A DNA stretch of 64,000 nucleotides from Yuukianura sp. NJ FZ-2021 (Eukaryota), in assembly GCA_046563655.1 (NCBI GenBank), contig CM102289.1:3596001-3660000 (forward strand), read 5' to 3'. Positions 1-11,090 of the stretch are shown one piece after another (position 1 is the stretch's first letter; every line of letters begins with the position of its first letter). Both the position numbers and the translations under genes were made by a program. The notes below the pieces were generated by a model. It was not told the DNA's origin, ran no database searches, and was given only the letters and a program-made list of their open reading frames with translations.

Positions 1-1325
1 GTAGGGAAACGGTAATATACGGTCCTTTCCAGCATGCCATTTACCATACAAAGGTGTATTTCTATGTTCAGAATGACTATAATAATAAGTAAGGTCATTC
101 GGAGACTCGAATGTTTCTGTAGCACTCCAGTGCTGATAGAAGAACGGTACTCCAGCTTTCCAGTACCAAATGTTTGTGTTTTTATCCTTAATTCCACCAA
201 ATAACAAGTAAGTGTCAACCAATGGCACGAAATTTTGGACGACCAACTTGTCCTCCTCTGCAGACTCGATCGATGCAAGCGCCCCGCCAAAATCGGCGCA
301 CAGCTCCGTAGCACGCGGCTCGTTTTGCCTTCTGGTCATTAGTCTCAGACATTTGTTGGGAACAGTGCTGCTCAACCAATTTTGTGGGCATACCGCACTT
401 CCGTACTGAGCTGCCAACACTAAAAAGTTAGCTTGATATTAACACAATTAATTGGTAACACATTAAAATAAGTACAAAATCTGAGTAAATATAAAAATCA
501 TAAACTGCACACCTTGACCCAAAAAGCAACAGGGTTGCCCACTGTATTGCGATTTTGTCCAAGAAATGTTAAATTTTGCGAATACTTGAAACCTACTCTT
601 CTCTATGGTACGAAGATTGAAATGTTTTGATTGAAATTCGTTATATACTATTTTATACAAACTCGAATTCAGTATACGCTCATTGGTGTTTTTAAATATC
701 TATTTTAATTAAGTGCAAATTAAGTGCAATAGTTAATTACGTTGCAGAATTTGCGTAATTAAATTGCTCTCAATTCATTTAAATGCGTATACGACTCCAC
801 AATTAAGTCAAATCTTTTGAAGTAAATTCACCGAATATTTTGTTTGTAGCTTTAAAACTGTTTCTTTCATGTTACGTTTATAAACTACGGATTACGGTAC
901 GTAATAGTGGAATTGTTACTAGAACGATTAGGCAAGCATTGGACGGTCTAGAGGCATTACGCTTGAGGATTCTTAGTCTAGAAGTATTAGTCTAGAATAC
1001 TTTGTATCTTTTGCTTAATTCATTCATATAATAATCCAAATTTTGTTTATAAGTTGTTCAGCATGTGTATTAGTACTGTATAAAAATAATCGTACATGTA
1101 TTTTTGCCTGTAATGCGTTCATTACTTTTGAAATGGTATTGCATTCACAATTAATAATTAAAATAACTATAATTTTATAATTACTTTTAAAAATAATATT
1201 TTATTTATGATGCTGCTATAACTCTCACCGTTAGTTTCGATGGCAGAAATTGTAACTGTAAAAAATAGAAATAAAAAGATGGGCTTTGCTAGCAGCGGGA
1301 TTTGATTGGAGAAGAGCAAACGCAT
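1..1325 (-). CDS. Secreted C-type lectin, 3' end outside window; signal exon 1325-1229 probably spliced to CTLD exon 419-1
   Basis: Minus-strand frame 419-1 (missed by ORF track) reads AVCPQNWLSSTVPNKCLRL..ATELCADFGGALASIESAEEDKLV..FGGIKD..WYWKAG..YQHW..GKWH, a typical CTLD. The hydrophobic exon MRLLFSNQIPLLAKPIFLFLFFTVTISAIETN ends in a phase-1 GTGAG donor matching the phase-1 TTTTAG acceptor at 421-420. The join itself is inferred. Confidence 0.75.
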
Positions 1326-3185
1326 TATGGAGTCGAATTTTTTTCTCAAAAAACGTTCGAAATTTTTGGTTAAAGTTGAAATACCAAAGAAATCAAGAAC
1401 TGACCTAAGAGTTGAAGCTGGCATGATGTTATAACCGAAAGGAGATTAGTTTGGTTGTGTAATCTATTCAATTCGGGAGATGAAAACATTGAAATGATAA
1501 GTAAGAGAAAGATTGAGTGGCGTTTGATCCAATTTGATTTCTTCCTAAAATATGTAATCTTTCTATTGTTCTTTTAGAAGATTCCAACCATGACTCACAT
1601 AAAGTCACTTTTCTAAAGCTAAATAAATGAGGTGCACTATTTGTTTTAAACTATTTCGATTTTGAGTTGATAAACAAACATTGGTGGTTCCAAAATTGTA
1701 TCAATTTTCATTGAAATCCTTCTGCATTACTCATTTGCAAATACCCGCCTATCTCATGTCCCACTAGAAGCCAAGCTTTCAAAACATTTCAAATATTCTC
1801 GAGCAATTGAAGTCATTTCTAAATTCCAATTTTGATTTGGATACCATTTTGAAGAGTTTTTGGGAAATAAATTATTTGGAAGGTTATGGAAATACTGTCG
1901 ACTACTTTTTTAAATTATGAAAACATTCAATGTCGATTTGGCTGTGTAAAAATAAAAATTCCAATATCAGAACCATTTCAAAAACAGGTTACGTTTGGTT
2001 ACCGTAAATTCCATATTATTAGAAGCGTGAGCTTAAAATTAGTTTTCGATTTCTGTGGCTCGTTTAGAAACAATAATTTTCCTCACATTTTAAATCGAAA
2101 CTAATTTAATTTTTGTTAAAAATCAGTGTGCTGTATAAATTAAGTATTCTCATCATCGTTTTCGCACATATCCATATCAGATTCTTCCGATCTCTCCGCT
2201 TGTACCGAGAGATCCTCTTCATCGTCACAATCCGACTAAAAACAACGACGACTTCGTTCTTCTCTTCTTTATGGAGAAATGGTGACAAAATTATTTTAAA
2301 ATTTCGCGCGTGAAAAAACGCCGCACCAATTAAAAAACACACTTTTCGCCGATTAAAGCAATGGCTAAAAGTGTTTTTAATTGCAGAAACGTTTATTGCA
2401 GTAAAAGTCAATTTTTCCTAGTTACTCCCGAGTTGCAGTAATTGATTTTTCCTGCAATTAAACTTTGTTTTTCAGCAATTGATTTTGTGTTTTTCTGCAA
2501 TTGCAGCTTGTTTTTTACTATTTAAAAATTTTGTGTTTTACGATTTCAAAGTCTCAAAATTTAGATGCTTCTTTCAAAAGCTCCAGTTTGTTGTTTCATG
2601 ATGTTTCAACTGAAGAATTTTCAGTTTGTGTAAAAATTTATTATCGACTTTAAATGTTGTGTGAGGCTGAGTTCAAGTATTTTCAGTTGGCCCCATTTCC
2701 TGGCCCACGCTTTGTTCATTCCTTTGTTCAGTGGAATGCGAACAATGGACAATTTATCATGGACAAATCTGTACGGCACTGGAAAGGTTACTGTATTTTC
2801 CCGACCTTTGACATAGTGACCTTCGCCATGTCCATCTTGTGTACATTTTTTGCTGTTAAAGTTGCGTTGAATCCTACTTTTATCACGCTCCTTTTCCTAT
2901 CGTGGCCAATTTTGGGATTCAACATTTTGTTGGATTTGGCTAATTTCTACAATGCTCAAGAACCTGCTCAAGTCCTCAACACATTTCTACAACTAAGCGA
3001 AAAATTTTCTCATACAAGGGCAAATCATGTCAAAAACTCACACAAATTCCGAATTTTGAAGAGAAAATTCTCTGTTTGAAAATGTTTACGTAAACTTTTA
3101 AATTTTAGGAATGCCAAAAGGCAGAGGAGTTGTGTTACATGTATCTTATGCTGGAGAAGCCACGTAGTGTTAACTCCACTATCTC
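1131..3185. repeat. Left copy of ~2.05 kb inverted segmental duplication (partner 59429-61484)
   Basis: Reverse complement aligns from AAATGGTATTGCA (1131 / 61484) to GTGTTAACTCCACT(A/G)TCTC (~3185 / 59429); near-identical ORF translations in both copies. Confidence 0.97.
2654..3185 (+). pseudogene. 3'-truncated copy of the chemoreceptor-like gene at 58737-59978
   Basis: Exon 1 nearly identical to 59978-59614; intron donor GT changed to GC (CAAGG/GCAAAT); small deletion in exon 2; homology stops at ~3185. Confidence 0.85.
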
Positions 3186-3189
3186 CCTC

Positions 3190-3304
3190 TGTTGCCATTT
3201 CTGAACTATCGTTGAAAAGTTATTCGGTGACAACTGCAAGGTCATCGTTTGACACGCGATATGCCACCGAGTAACTTTTGAACGATAGTTCAGAAATGGC
3301 AACA
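3190..3304. mobile_element. 115-bp MITE-like palindrome with ~40-bp arms
   Basis: TGTTGCCATTTCTGAACTATCGTTGAAAAGTTATTCGGTG ... CACCGAGTAACTTTTGAACGATAGTTCAGAAATGGCAACA (2 mismatches). Confidence 0.7.
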
Positions 3305-4178
3305 TATATACATTTTCTGAATCATTGGATCAAGAGCTTTCCAACGATATACTACTTGCAGGGGGTCACCATGTGGTCAGGGGGTGACCCATGAAGCCAT
3401 ATTTCTCGTGACTTGAAAACCTGAAAATTTGATGAATGACCTTCAACAACTGGTAAAAATTTCAGCCAAATCTCACCGACTATGTTTTCTTACGTGGTTT
3501 GTGCCATCCTCTTTCTAACAAAAAAATTTAAAGACGTTGGAAAACTTTTTGGGAAAAGAAAAACTTGGAGGTTAAGAGAAATTTTTTTCCCATGAAAACT
3601 GTAGATTTTTGTGGTTCACATCTTTGAGAATTAGGTACGCGCAGAGATGAACTATTAAATGCTTCAGAACTAGTGAAAAGAAATCAAATGTCTTAATTAC
3701 TGAAAAAATCCTAACCTACCAACATCGATTTGACCATGTACTAAAGCATTTTGAATTTGAACTAAAACATCAATTAAGTGATTGAATAGTGATAAAACTT
3801 TTGGTTTTAAAAACTAACTAGGTTTAATACTGTTATGTTAAAACCACCTTGATAAAGCCTCGCCCTAAACCGTGCTACATTCTACCACGATACTACAGTC
3901 GTGGTTTCCCTTGGAAAATTACTTAAAATCCTTACAAACGGGAAATCTTAACGTGGAGGTATGGGAATTAGTTGGAGAAACCAAATTCGGTTTTAAATTA
4001 AGTGAATATCAATTACATATCGTTTAGCGCGGTGTTTTAAATTATGAAATCACAAAAGGAAGCGGGCTTAAACTCCCTATATATACTGGATTTCTACAGG
4101 GAGCTGCTTCAAGTTGGAAATTTTCTTGTAAATTTTCAAGTCCTTTCTCTTCGTCAAACCTAAACTTTTCGCGGCAAC

Positions 4179-4459
4179 ATGAAGGCTGTATTTGTCATTG
4201 CAGTTTTGGCTTTGGGCGTCTTCGCTTTCGTGGAAGCAAATCCCCCAGGTAAGTTTAAATCTACCCCGAATTAACATTAGAAAAAGATCCTGAAAACAAA
4301 AAATGACGGATTTTTTATTCACTTTTAGGTTGCCCCCAATTTGAGCCCCAGAAGTACTGCACCATGAACTTGACGCCAAGCTGCTTCCACCCGCAAAACG
4401 CTTGCCCAGAAGGCAAGGTTTGTTGTGTCAACGGATGTGGACATCACAACTGTTATTAG
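4179..4459 (+). CDS. Small secreted single WAP (four-disulfide core) domain peptide, waprin-like; exons 4179-4248, 4329-4459
   Basis: MKAVFVIAVLALGVFAFVEANPPG-CPQFEPQKYCTMNLTPSCFHPQNACPEGKVCCVNGCGHHNCY*: signal peptide, 8 Cys in WAP spacing, canonical GTAAG/TTTTAG intron, upstream TATA-like motif and downstream AATAAA. Confidence 0.85.
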
Positions 4460-5781
4460 AACACAAATATTTTCAAATGATTGTCATCTCTCGATACACA
4501 ATTGTTTTTGTTTTGAACAGTTAAATAAATTTGAACCAATTAGCGGAAACATCAAAAATGCTTGCGAAGAATCATTATTACATGAGCTGTGCATAATAAG
4601 CCTATTTACGCATGCTGATTTTTTCTAATAAGAAAAATGAATGTCTGTGGAGGCTAAAGTGTTTCCGAGTGCTCAAAGTCATTCGGTTGATATTTTGTGG
4701 TTTTGAAATAAATATATCATAGGAATTAAAATTTTTTGCAACTCTGGATTTTTCTTGTTGACTTTTCTAGCTAAAACTTATTATGTGTAGTGAAACTAGA
4801 AATTTATCCTTTCTCGATGTCGGTTTTGACAATCAGAAACCTCAAACCGTGATTGTTTATGGAAAAGCCCATAAATTAAAATAAATTAAAGTTAATTTGA
4901 TTTAACTCCGATTTCCAGTGCGCGTGTATTTGAGATTGGACTGTTGTGGCCACGCTGACGATGAGTTATTTTTTTTTACCACTAGTTGAAATGAATTGGT
5001 TCAATCCTAACGGGGTTCGATTTTTAATGTAGAGATGTCCTGCAAAATTATCAAATCATCTTAACCAAACTGTCGCCAAAATTCTTCGTGCGTCAACATT
5101 TATGAATAAACTATAAACAGGTTGAGGAGACATTAAATAAATGCCACTATAGCTTCAACTGTAGGAAATCCCTGCATAAGAGGGTTTGCCAAAGTAAAGG
5201 ACGTAAAGGAAACAGTTGCATTCTTGCATTCCATAATCAGCACCCTTCCCAGAAATATTTACTAAAAACTGTCGATATATTTGTTGAAATATTTACTAAA
5301 AAAACGCCTAAACAGTTGTCAAGATATTTACTATTTTTCAAATATTTTTAAAATTTTGATCCTTAAATCTGAAAAATCAAATCTACAGTGAAATTTGTGC
5401 TGAATTGTTCAGAGTTATTGCAGAAGCTTGGCACGTATTCACTTAGGGTAAAATTTGAAATTCTCCAAAGAATAATTCACCCGAGGGAATAGATTAAGAG
5501 GGCATAAAGAAATTTAAATTCCAGAAATTTTAGGTTGAGTTTTGGTTTCAAGAACTTTTTAGGCATTTAAATTAATAGCATGAAAACTTATTCAAGTGTC
5601 AGAATTTAGGTTGAGTAAGTTTAAATCTAGTTCTAGGTTCTTCAAATGTAAGAGCAATTGACGACAAAAGTCTGGAAATTAGTTAAATCCAACTTTTAGG
5701 CGTAGGTTCATGCCACTTTTTTAAACCACAACGAAATTACAAACTTTTTGTTTAAAAACTTGAAAGAAGTAGCTAGAAGCC

Positions 5782-7166
5782 ATGAATATCCTAAACGGCT
5801 TGTTGTTTGTTATTATTCTCCCAGCCGTTTTCTGCAAAAGTCATTCTCTTCATGGAGCCGAAGAAGTGCAGATTTATTCAATTTCGAATTGCTCATAAAA
5901 TCAAATGTCAATTTTTTTTTGTGTTATTTTTAGGGGTACAAGATAACGAAGAACGACGTGAGGCGAGGAGACAAACTAGGCAAAAACAAATTTACAGTTC
6001 TTAGACCAAATAGCTGGAAAATATTTCAACTAAGTTTCTAACAACAAATAAACTTTCTGTTGCTAACTTAATAGATATAATTGATGCCCGAGTTCCCCCT
6101 GAAAAAGATATAAGAATGCCGGATAACCAGGGCGGCGCAACGCAAAATGCAGCAGGCGACAGGACACCTTGGACGGACGCTAACGTCATTTATTTCATTC
6201 CCAAAGGAGTCTTTTGTACGTCCATAGAAGTTGTACAACAATGTGTATAAAAAAACAACCATTTTTTTTTCGTAATTCCTGTATTTACCGGGAAAATTCT
6301 AAAACCTTTAGCTAAAAACGAGACCGCTGCAATAGCTCGCGCCTTTTGTGAAATTGAGACAGTTTCATGTGTTCGCTTTTACCCTATTTTGCACTTACCA
6401 AACGACTACACTGGAAATTACGTTCACTTCCAACGTGGACGTCCTGGCAAATGCAACAGTTACGTTGGTATGATTGGCGGTAGACAGGATTTGAATTTAG
6501 AGCATATGGCCAAACCAGGCGAAACTGGAGCAAAGTGCTTCCGTAGCTTCGGAAACGTCATTCACGAACTCCTGCACGCTATTGGCTCCTGGCATGAACA
6601 CACAAGGAGTGATCGAGACGACTATGTTCATATTGCGAAGTCCGCAGTTATAAACGGTACAAAAAATTTAAAAAGCTATAATAGTGCCTTAGTAAAAAAT
6701 TACGACAGTAGAACATAATTGAGTATGCGCGTAGAGTAGTTTTAGGTTTCGTTCAAAGTTTACTTATTCATTTAGGTTGGATTAACAGCTCATATTTACT
6801 CGTGGTTTCCGAATGTTTCAGAGCCGGCAAGCTACGCTATACAATATCCGCCTGCACAGAATTATGGAAACGAGAATGATTCAAACGCACCAGGTTATGA
6901 TGTGGATTCGATCATGCACTACCCGGAAATTGCAGGAAAGCTAACTGCACGAAACCGCACTTATGCTCGTCGAATGGGACAACGAAAAGTCATCAGCCCC
7001 GTAAGTGCAGAACGTTTATTTCAGAATACAATTTTTGCAATTAAAAAAAAGAGCACCGTGTTCTGAATTCAATATTTGAAACTAATTGCAGAAAGATGCT
7101 CTCAAGCTATGGAGTTGGAATAATTGCGACGATAAGCCAACGCGTGAACTTTCAGAATACTGCTAA
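5782..7166 (+). CDS. Astacin-family (M12A) zinc metalloprotease, multi-exon
   Basis: Signal peptide MNILNGLLFVIILPAVFC; CNSYVG; HELLHAIGSWHEHTRSDRDDYV zinc motif; DSIMHY Met-turn (~6905); MGQRK; ends ELSEYC*. Confidence 0.9.
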
Positions 7167-8281
7167 ACAAGCCGGCTTGACACCTCGCACACCGTATTAT
7201 TTTGTTGTTCAAAATTTTCCTTTTACCAGCGCATTTACGAAAAACCATTCGAATTTTGTCATTGAAATGTTGCTGTTAAATTTTCACATTTTCAAATCTC
7301 ATTGTAAAAAATATTTGGCCGCTTACAAAATCACAGAAACGCTGTCATGCGTACTACTGAACTAATTTTCATACGAAACAGGTTAGGGCGAACCCCCAGC
7401 AAGTACACTAGTATCTATCATACTCTTATTGCAGGATCCCAGTAAGTCCTCTGTGTATCCGCACACAAAGTTCGGCACTTTTGCTCCACTTCCGTGTATC
7501 TACTCCCCGATCTTTTGGCTTCACCCTCTGCTCCTCTTCCTAGCGAGAATCGGAGAAGTGCCGAATACTGCTCCCAATGCAAAAAGCATTGGCACAGGGT
7601 TTTCCCTGTGTTATTTTTTAATCTAAATGATACACAGGCTCTGTCGTATGTGTCCTCTCTACGGGGTCTGGCTAAAAGTCGGATTTCGGATTCCTCGGAT
7701 TTCTATTCACCCTCTGTTCGTATGACAATTTAACTCCTTTTATAAAACACAAGGGTTGAAGTATACTAAATACTAACTAATTGTACCCAATTTTTGTTGG
7801 TCGATTTTTTTGTTAATTTAACGATTGGGATATCGTTTTTTTTTTAAATTAATCCGTCAAACTGGTACGTACGCAACAATTAAGAATCTTTGGCTGGCCG
7901 TAGGCCAGCCAAGATTCTTGTTTTAAATAAAAACCTTACCATTTGACATTGTTTTCTTCAACTTGTCAAGACATTTTTACAGTCCAAGGAATGCGCCGAG
8001 CTTTTTAAATTTATCTTATAACAAATTGTAAAGTTTTTACAATTGTATAAAAATGTTGTTCTTAAAAATTATAAAAAAAAAAAAAAAAGACACACATTTT
8101 TGCACATAGTGGCACCAGGTGACAATTAATAATGATAATTTTACAATACAGAATGTCAACAGATTGAATGAAACTTTAAATTATATTTCCAAATCATAGT
8201 TACTGAATTGTGATTAGTGATTGAATAATTACGTCCTGTCGAAAAGATAGTAAATTATATAAATCACTGGATAGCATTTAA

Positions 8282-10246
8282 TTAGTGGCATTGGTTGTGT
8301 GCCATGCCACAGAGTTTGATTGGACCTCCATTGTATTTCTCAATCTTTTCCATGATTGTGTCTTCCAGCTGCAAAGATAAACCAAGTGTGAGTGTCAAAA
8401 TTACTTTTGTAACAAACACGTTTCAACTACTGAATGTAAACTTTTCTCATAATAAGGAATTGTACGATTACATAAAATCTGCTTCGCATAATTATACTAA
8501 CTTTGGCGTCCATAGCTGGACAACGACTCTTAATTGCCCAAAGCAGCGATGATCCAGAGTCGTGTTTAACGCAAATGGCCCACAAACTCCATGTCTTTCC
8601 ATGGTCCGTTTCCACAATCTTTTCTTCAGTGTCAACTGAAACGTGGTGTAAAATGTATAGCCAAAATGTTCAATTTTTTTTTTTTAAATAACTTACATTC
8701 CCCGCTTTCTATGTGGGGTAGATGGATGTTTTTATTGAATTTGAGGCAGTTGGCAAACATTCCATCATCGTCACCAGCAGTCAAGTTGAAGGATTGTGTA
8801 TTTGTGATATGTGTTTTTCCATTCAATCGGAAGCTGCGAGGTAAATAAACTTCTTGCAAAGACGATGTAAATAAGTATCGTCAGATCAGTTATAGAAAGT
8901 TCCCGCGCAGGATATTGGTGACTAGACCTCTGATATGGTTAGAGGTCACTTGAGGTCAAAGAACATTCGGAATTTTAGTCCTCGCGTCGTCAAACATACA
9001 TCCCCGGAAACCATTTCCGCATCGGTCCATCCGTTTCCGTATTGTAAAGAAAGCATAACCGTAACCTTTGGCACTATTGTGCAGACAGGCAGACGGACAG
9101 ACAGACAGACAGACAGCCAGACTTGGAAGAAAACATAAAGTAGGTCATGCTTCCCCGACTAGGACGAGGGACGCCATTTTGCAACTCCATCGTCTGTATC
9201 TCTGGAAACGTAGATCAAAGCTCAAGGTCATTTTTACAAAAGTTGTTCAGCACAATGAGATACACAACTTTTGTAGAGGTCATTTTTTCGATTTCCGTCA
9301 ATAGAGTACTTGACCTTGACCTTTGGCCCGGACCTGGACAACTTCCGGTCAAGCTGGACACTGATTATACACCCCTGGTACATGTGAACCGCAACTGCGA
9401 AGACAGATTGAAAATCGGTCCAGTGGTTCTGGAGTTATAGGCGCGAATAGCATGAGCCACGCCATAATGCAACTTCTAAGGCCTATATCTCCAGAGCCCA
9501 CGGTCAGAGGTCAAGGTCACCTATACAAAAGTTGTTCGTCTCGATGAGACGGACAACTTTTATAAGGGTGACTTTCCCGATTTCCGTCAAAAATGTATTT
9601 GACCTTGACCTTTGACCCGAACCTGGACAACTTCCGGTCAAGCTGGACACCGATTAATCATCCCTGGACAATGTCAAGTTCATCTGTAAAAACAGATTGA
9701 AAATCGGTCCAGCGGTTCCAGAGATGTTGTGGCTAGTATACGGACGGCCGGACAGACAGACGGACAGACAGACGGACAGACAGACGGACAGACAGACGGA
9801 CAGACAGACGGACATTACGATCCCTAAAAGTATCTGACGATACTTAATAATTGCAAAAAGTTTCAACTTTTTTTTTAGCAATCACTATAAAAACTTACTG
9901 ATGGACCATATCAGCAATGTTTTGAGGTTTGCCGACTTCTCTGTACATAAAGATCTCCGAGCAATCCATTTTAAATTTCTTCTTGACTTCCTTTGGGTAC
10001 GGCCCTTTTCGAATTAGATACCAATGTCCCATGAGCTAAAAGTGTACAACTCTCATTTACTTTTTTGAGCTATCTTTGGAATACAAGTTTAACGAACTGG
10101 CCAATTCTATTAGTATCATCAACGTTTACGTCGTTTATTTTGATCTCCTTTGGAATCTTGTCCAAGGACAACTTGCAATGCTCAAACACGGAGCTCTTTG
10201 CTTCTATAACTACCAACAACGCTAGCAGTACAAGGATGACCTTCAT
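8282..10246 (-). CDS. Lipocalin / apolipoprotein-D-like secreted protein, apparent 1-nt frameshift near 8620
   Basis: Signal peptide; LMGHWYLI (GxW motif); IVETDHGKTWSLWAIC and WAIKSR resemble lipocalin SCR2/SCR3; five exons; intron 2 holds a transposon. Confidence 0.65.
9178..9730. repeat. Two ~288-bp diverged tandem units inside the element
   Basis: Shared blocks TACAAAAGTTGTTC, TTGACCTTGACCTTTG, CCTGGACAACTTCCGGTCAAGCTGGACAC, ACAGATTGAAAATCGGTCCAG. Confidence 0.9.
9742..9814. repeat. (GGACAGACAGAC)n microsatellite
   Basis: Direct reading; a second GACA tract lies at ~9083-9122. Confidence 0.95.
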
Positions 10247-11090
10247 TTTACTCCTTCGTTCACAACAAAATATTTGAACTGTTTTTTGAAAGGAAACTAA
10301 AACTGAACTGGAGCTAAAGTTCGGCCAAATTTTTATAGCCATTCATTCCAACACTAAATCAAACAAGCGTTCCGCTTGTTTCAGAACAATGGAACTGATG
10401 GATTAGCTATGGAAGTCGTTTCGGCAATTGAGTCATAAATTCTTTATGTTACGGGTTGAATGAAAACCTTGATTTTGAAATTAAAGCCCTCTATCACTGC
10501 ACCACTTCAAAAAGTAGTAAGTTTTTGAATTTAATGCTAATATTTGAGATTTTTTGAAAAGCATTATAAAGCAGAGCACCTAGGAACGCGCAGTTTTACA
10601 ATTACTTCAAATATTATTGCTGCCGTCGGCTATATAATTAAACTGAGCATTGTCTAAGATATGTCATCATTACAAAACAATTCCGTGTACTTACACGCTC
10701 ATAAATTACTTAAGTTAAAAATTATACAAATACAACATGCGTTATGTACAATGCCGCTAAAAAAAGTATTCCAGAAAAAATAAGGTAACATGAAAGCAGT
10801 TTTTCAATGAAAACCGAAAATCCCAACATCCGGGAAAACCACGCAAGGACATCCAGGAATTAAAGTTGTAAATCTGAAACTGGTGGTTTGTTGTTTTGAA
10901 AATTATGACTGTTAAATACTTTCTACTTCTTGGTGAAAAATTCTGCGGTTACTTTTTGCTCCATTTGCTCGTATTTCGTCTTAACAACATTTAGAACTAG
11001 ATTGCCACATTCAACATTTTACTACAACGAATTTGGTGAATTGTCATTACATTTGTTCATTACGTTCATTAGAAAATTAAGTTCTGAGAC

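Larger units (their letters stand above)
8842..9848 (-). mobile_element. Non-autonomous Helentron/DINE-1-like element in lipocalin intron
   Basis: 15-bp subterminal inverted repeats TAAGTATCGTCAGAT (8872-8886) / ATCTGACGATACTTA (9832-9846); (GACA/GACG)n microsatellites; internal ~288-bp tandem duplication; end segment recurs at 49042-49138. Confidence 0.75.

Noticed and set aside
1886..2411. ORFs of 66-101 aa conserved at 60211-60746
   Set aside because: Conservation is explained by the recent duplication of intergenic DNA; overlapping frames, several non-ATG starts, no motifs
3330..3515. Possible further transposon remnant
   Set aside because: Composition is suggestive but no termini or second copy could be identified in the window
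9654..9881. (CLSV)n repeat protein
   Set aside because: Translation of the transposon microsatellite
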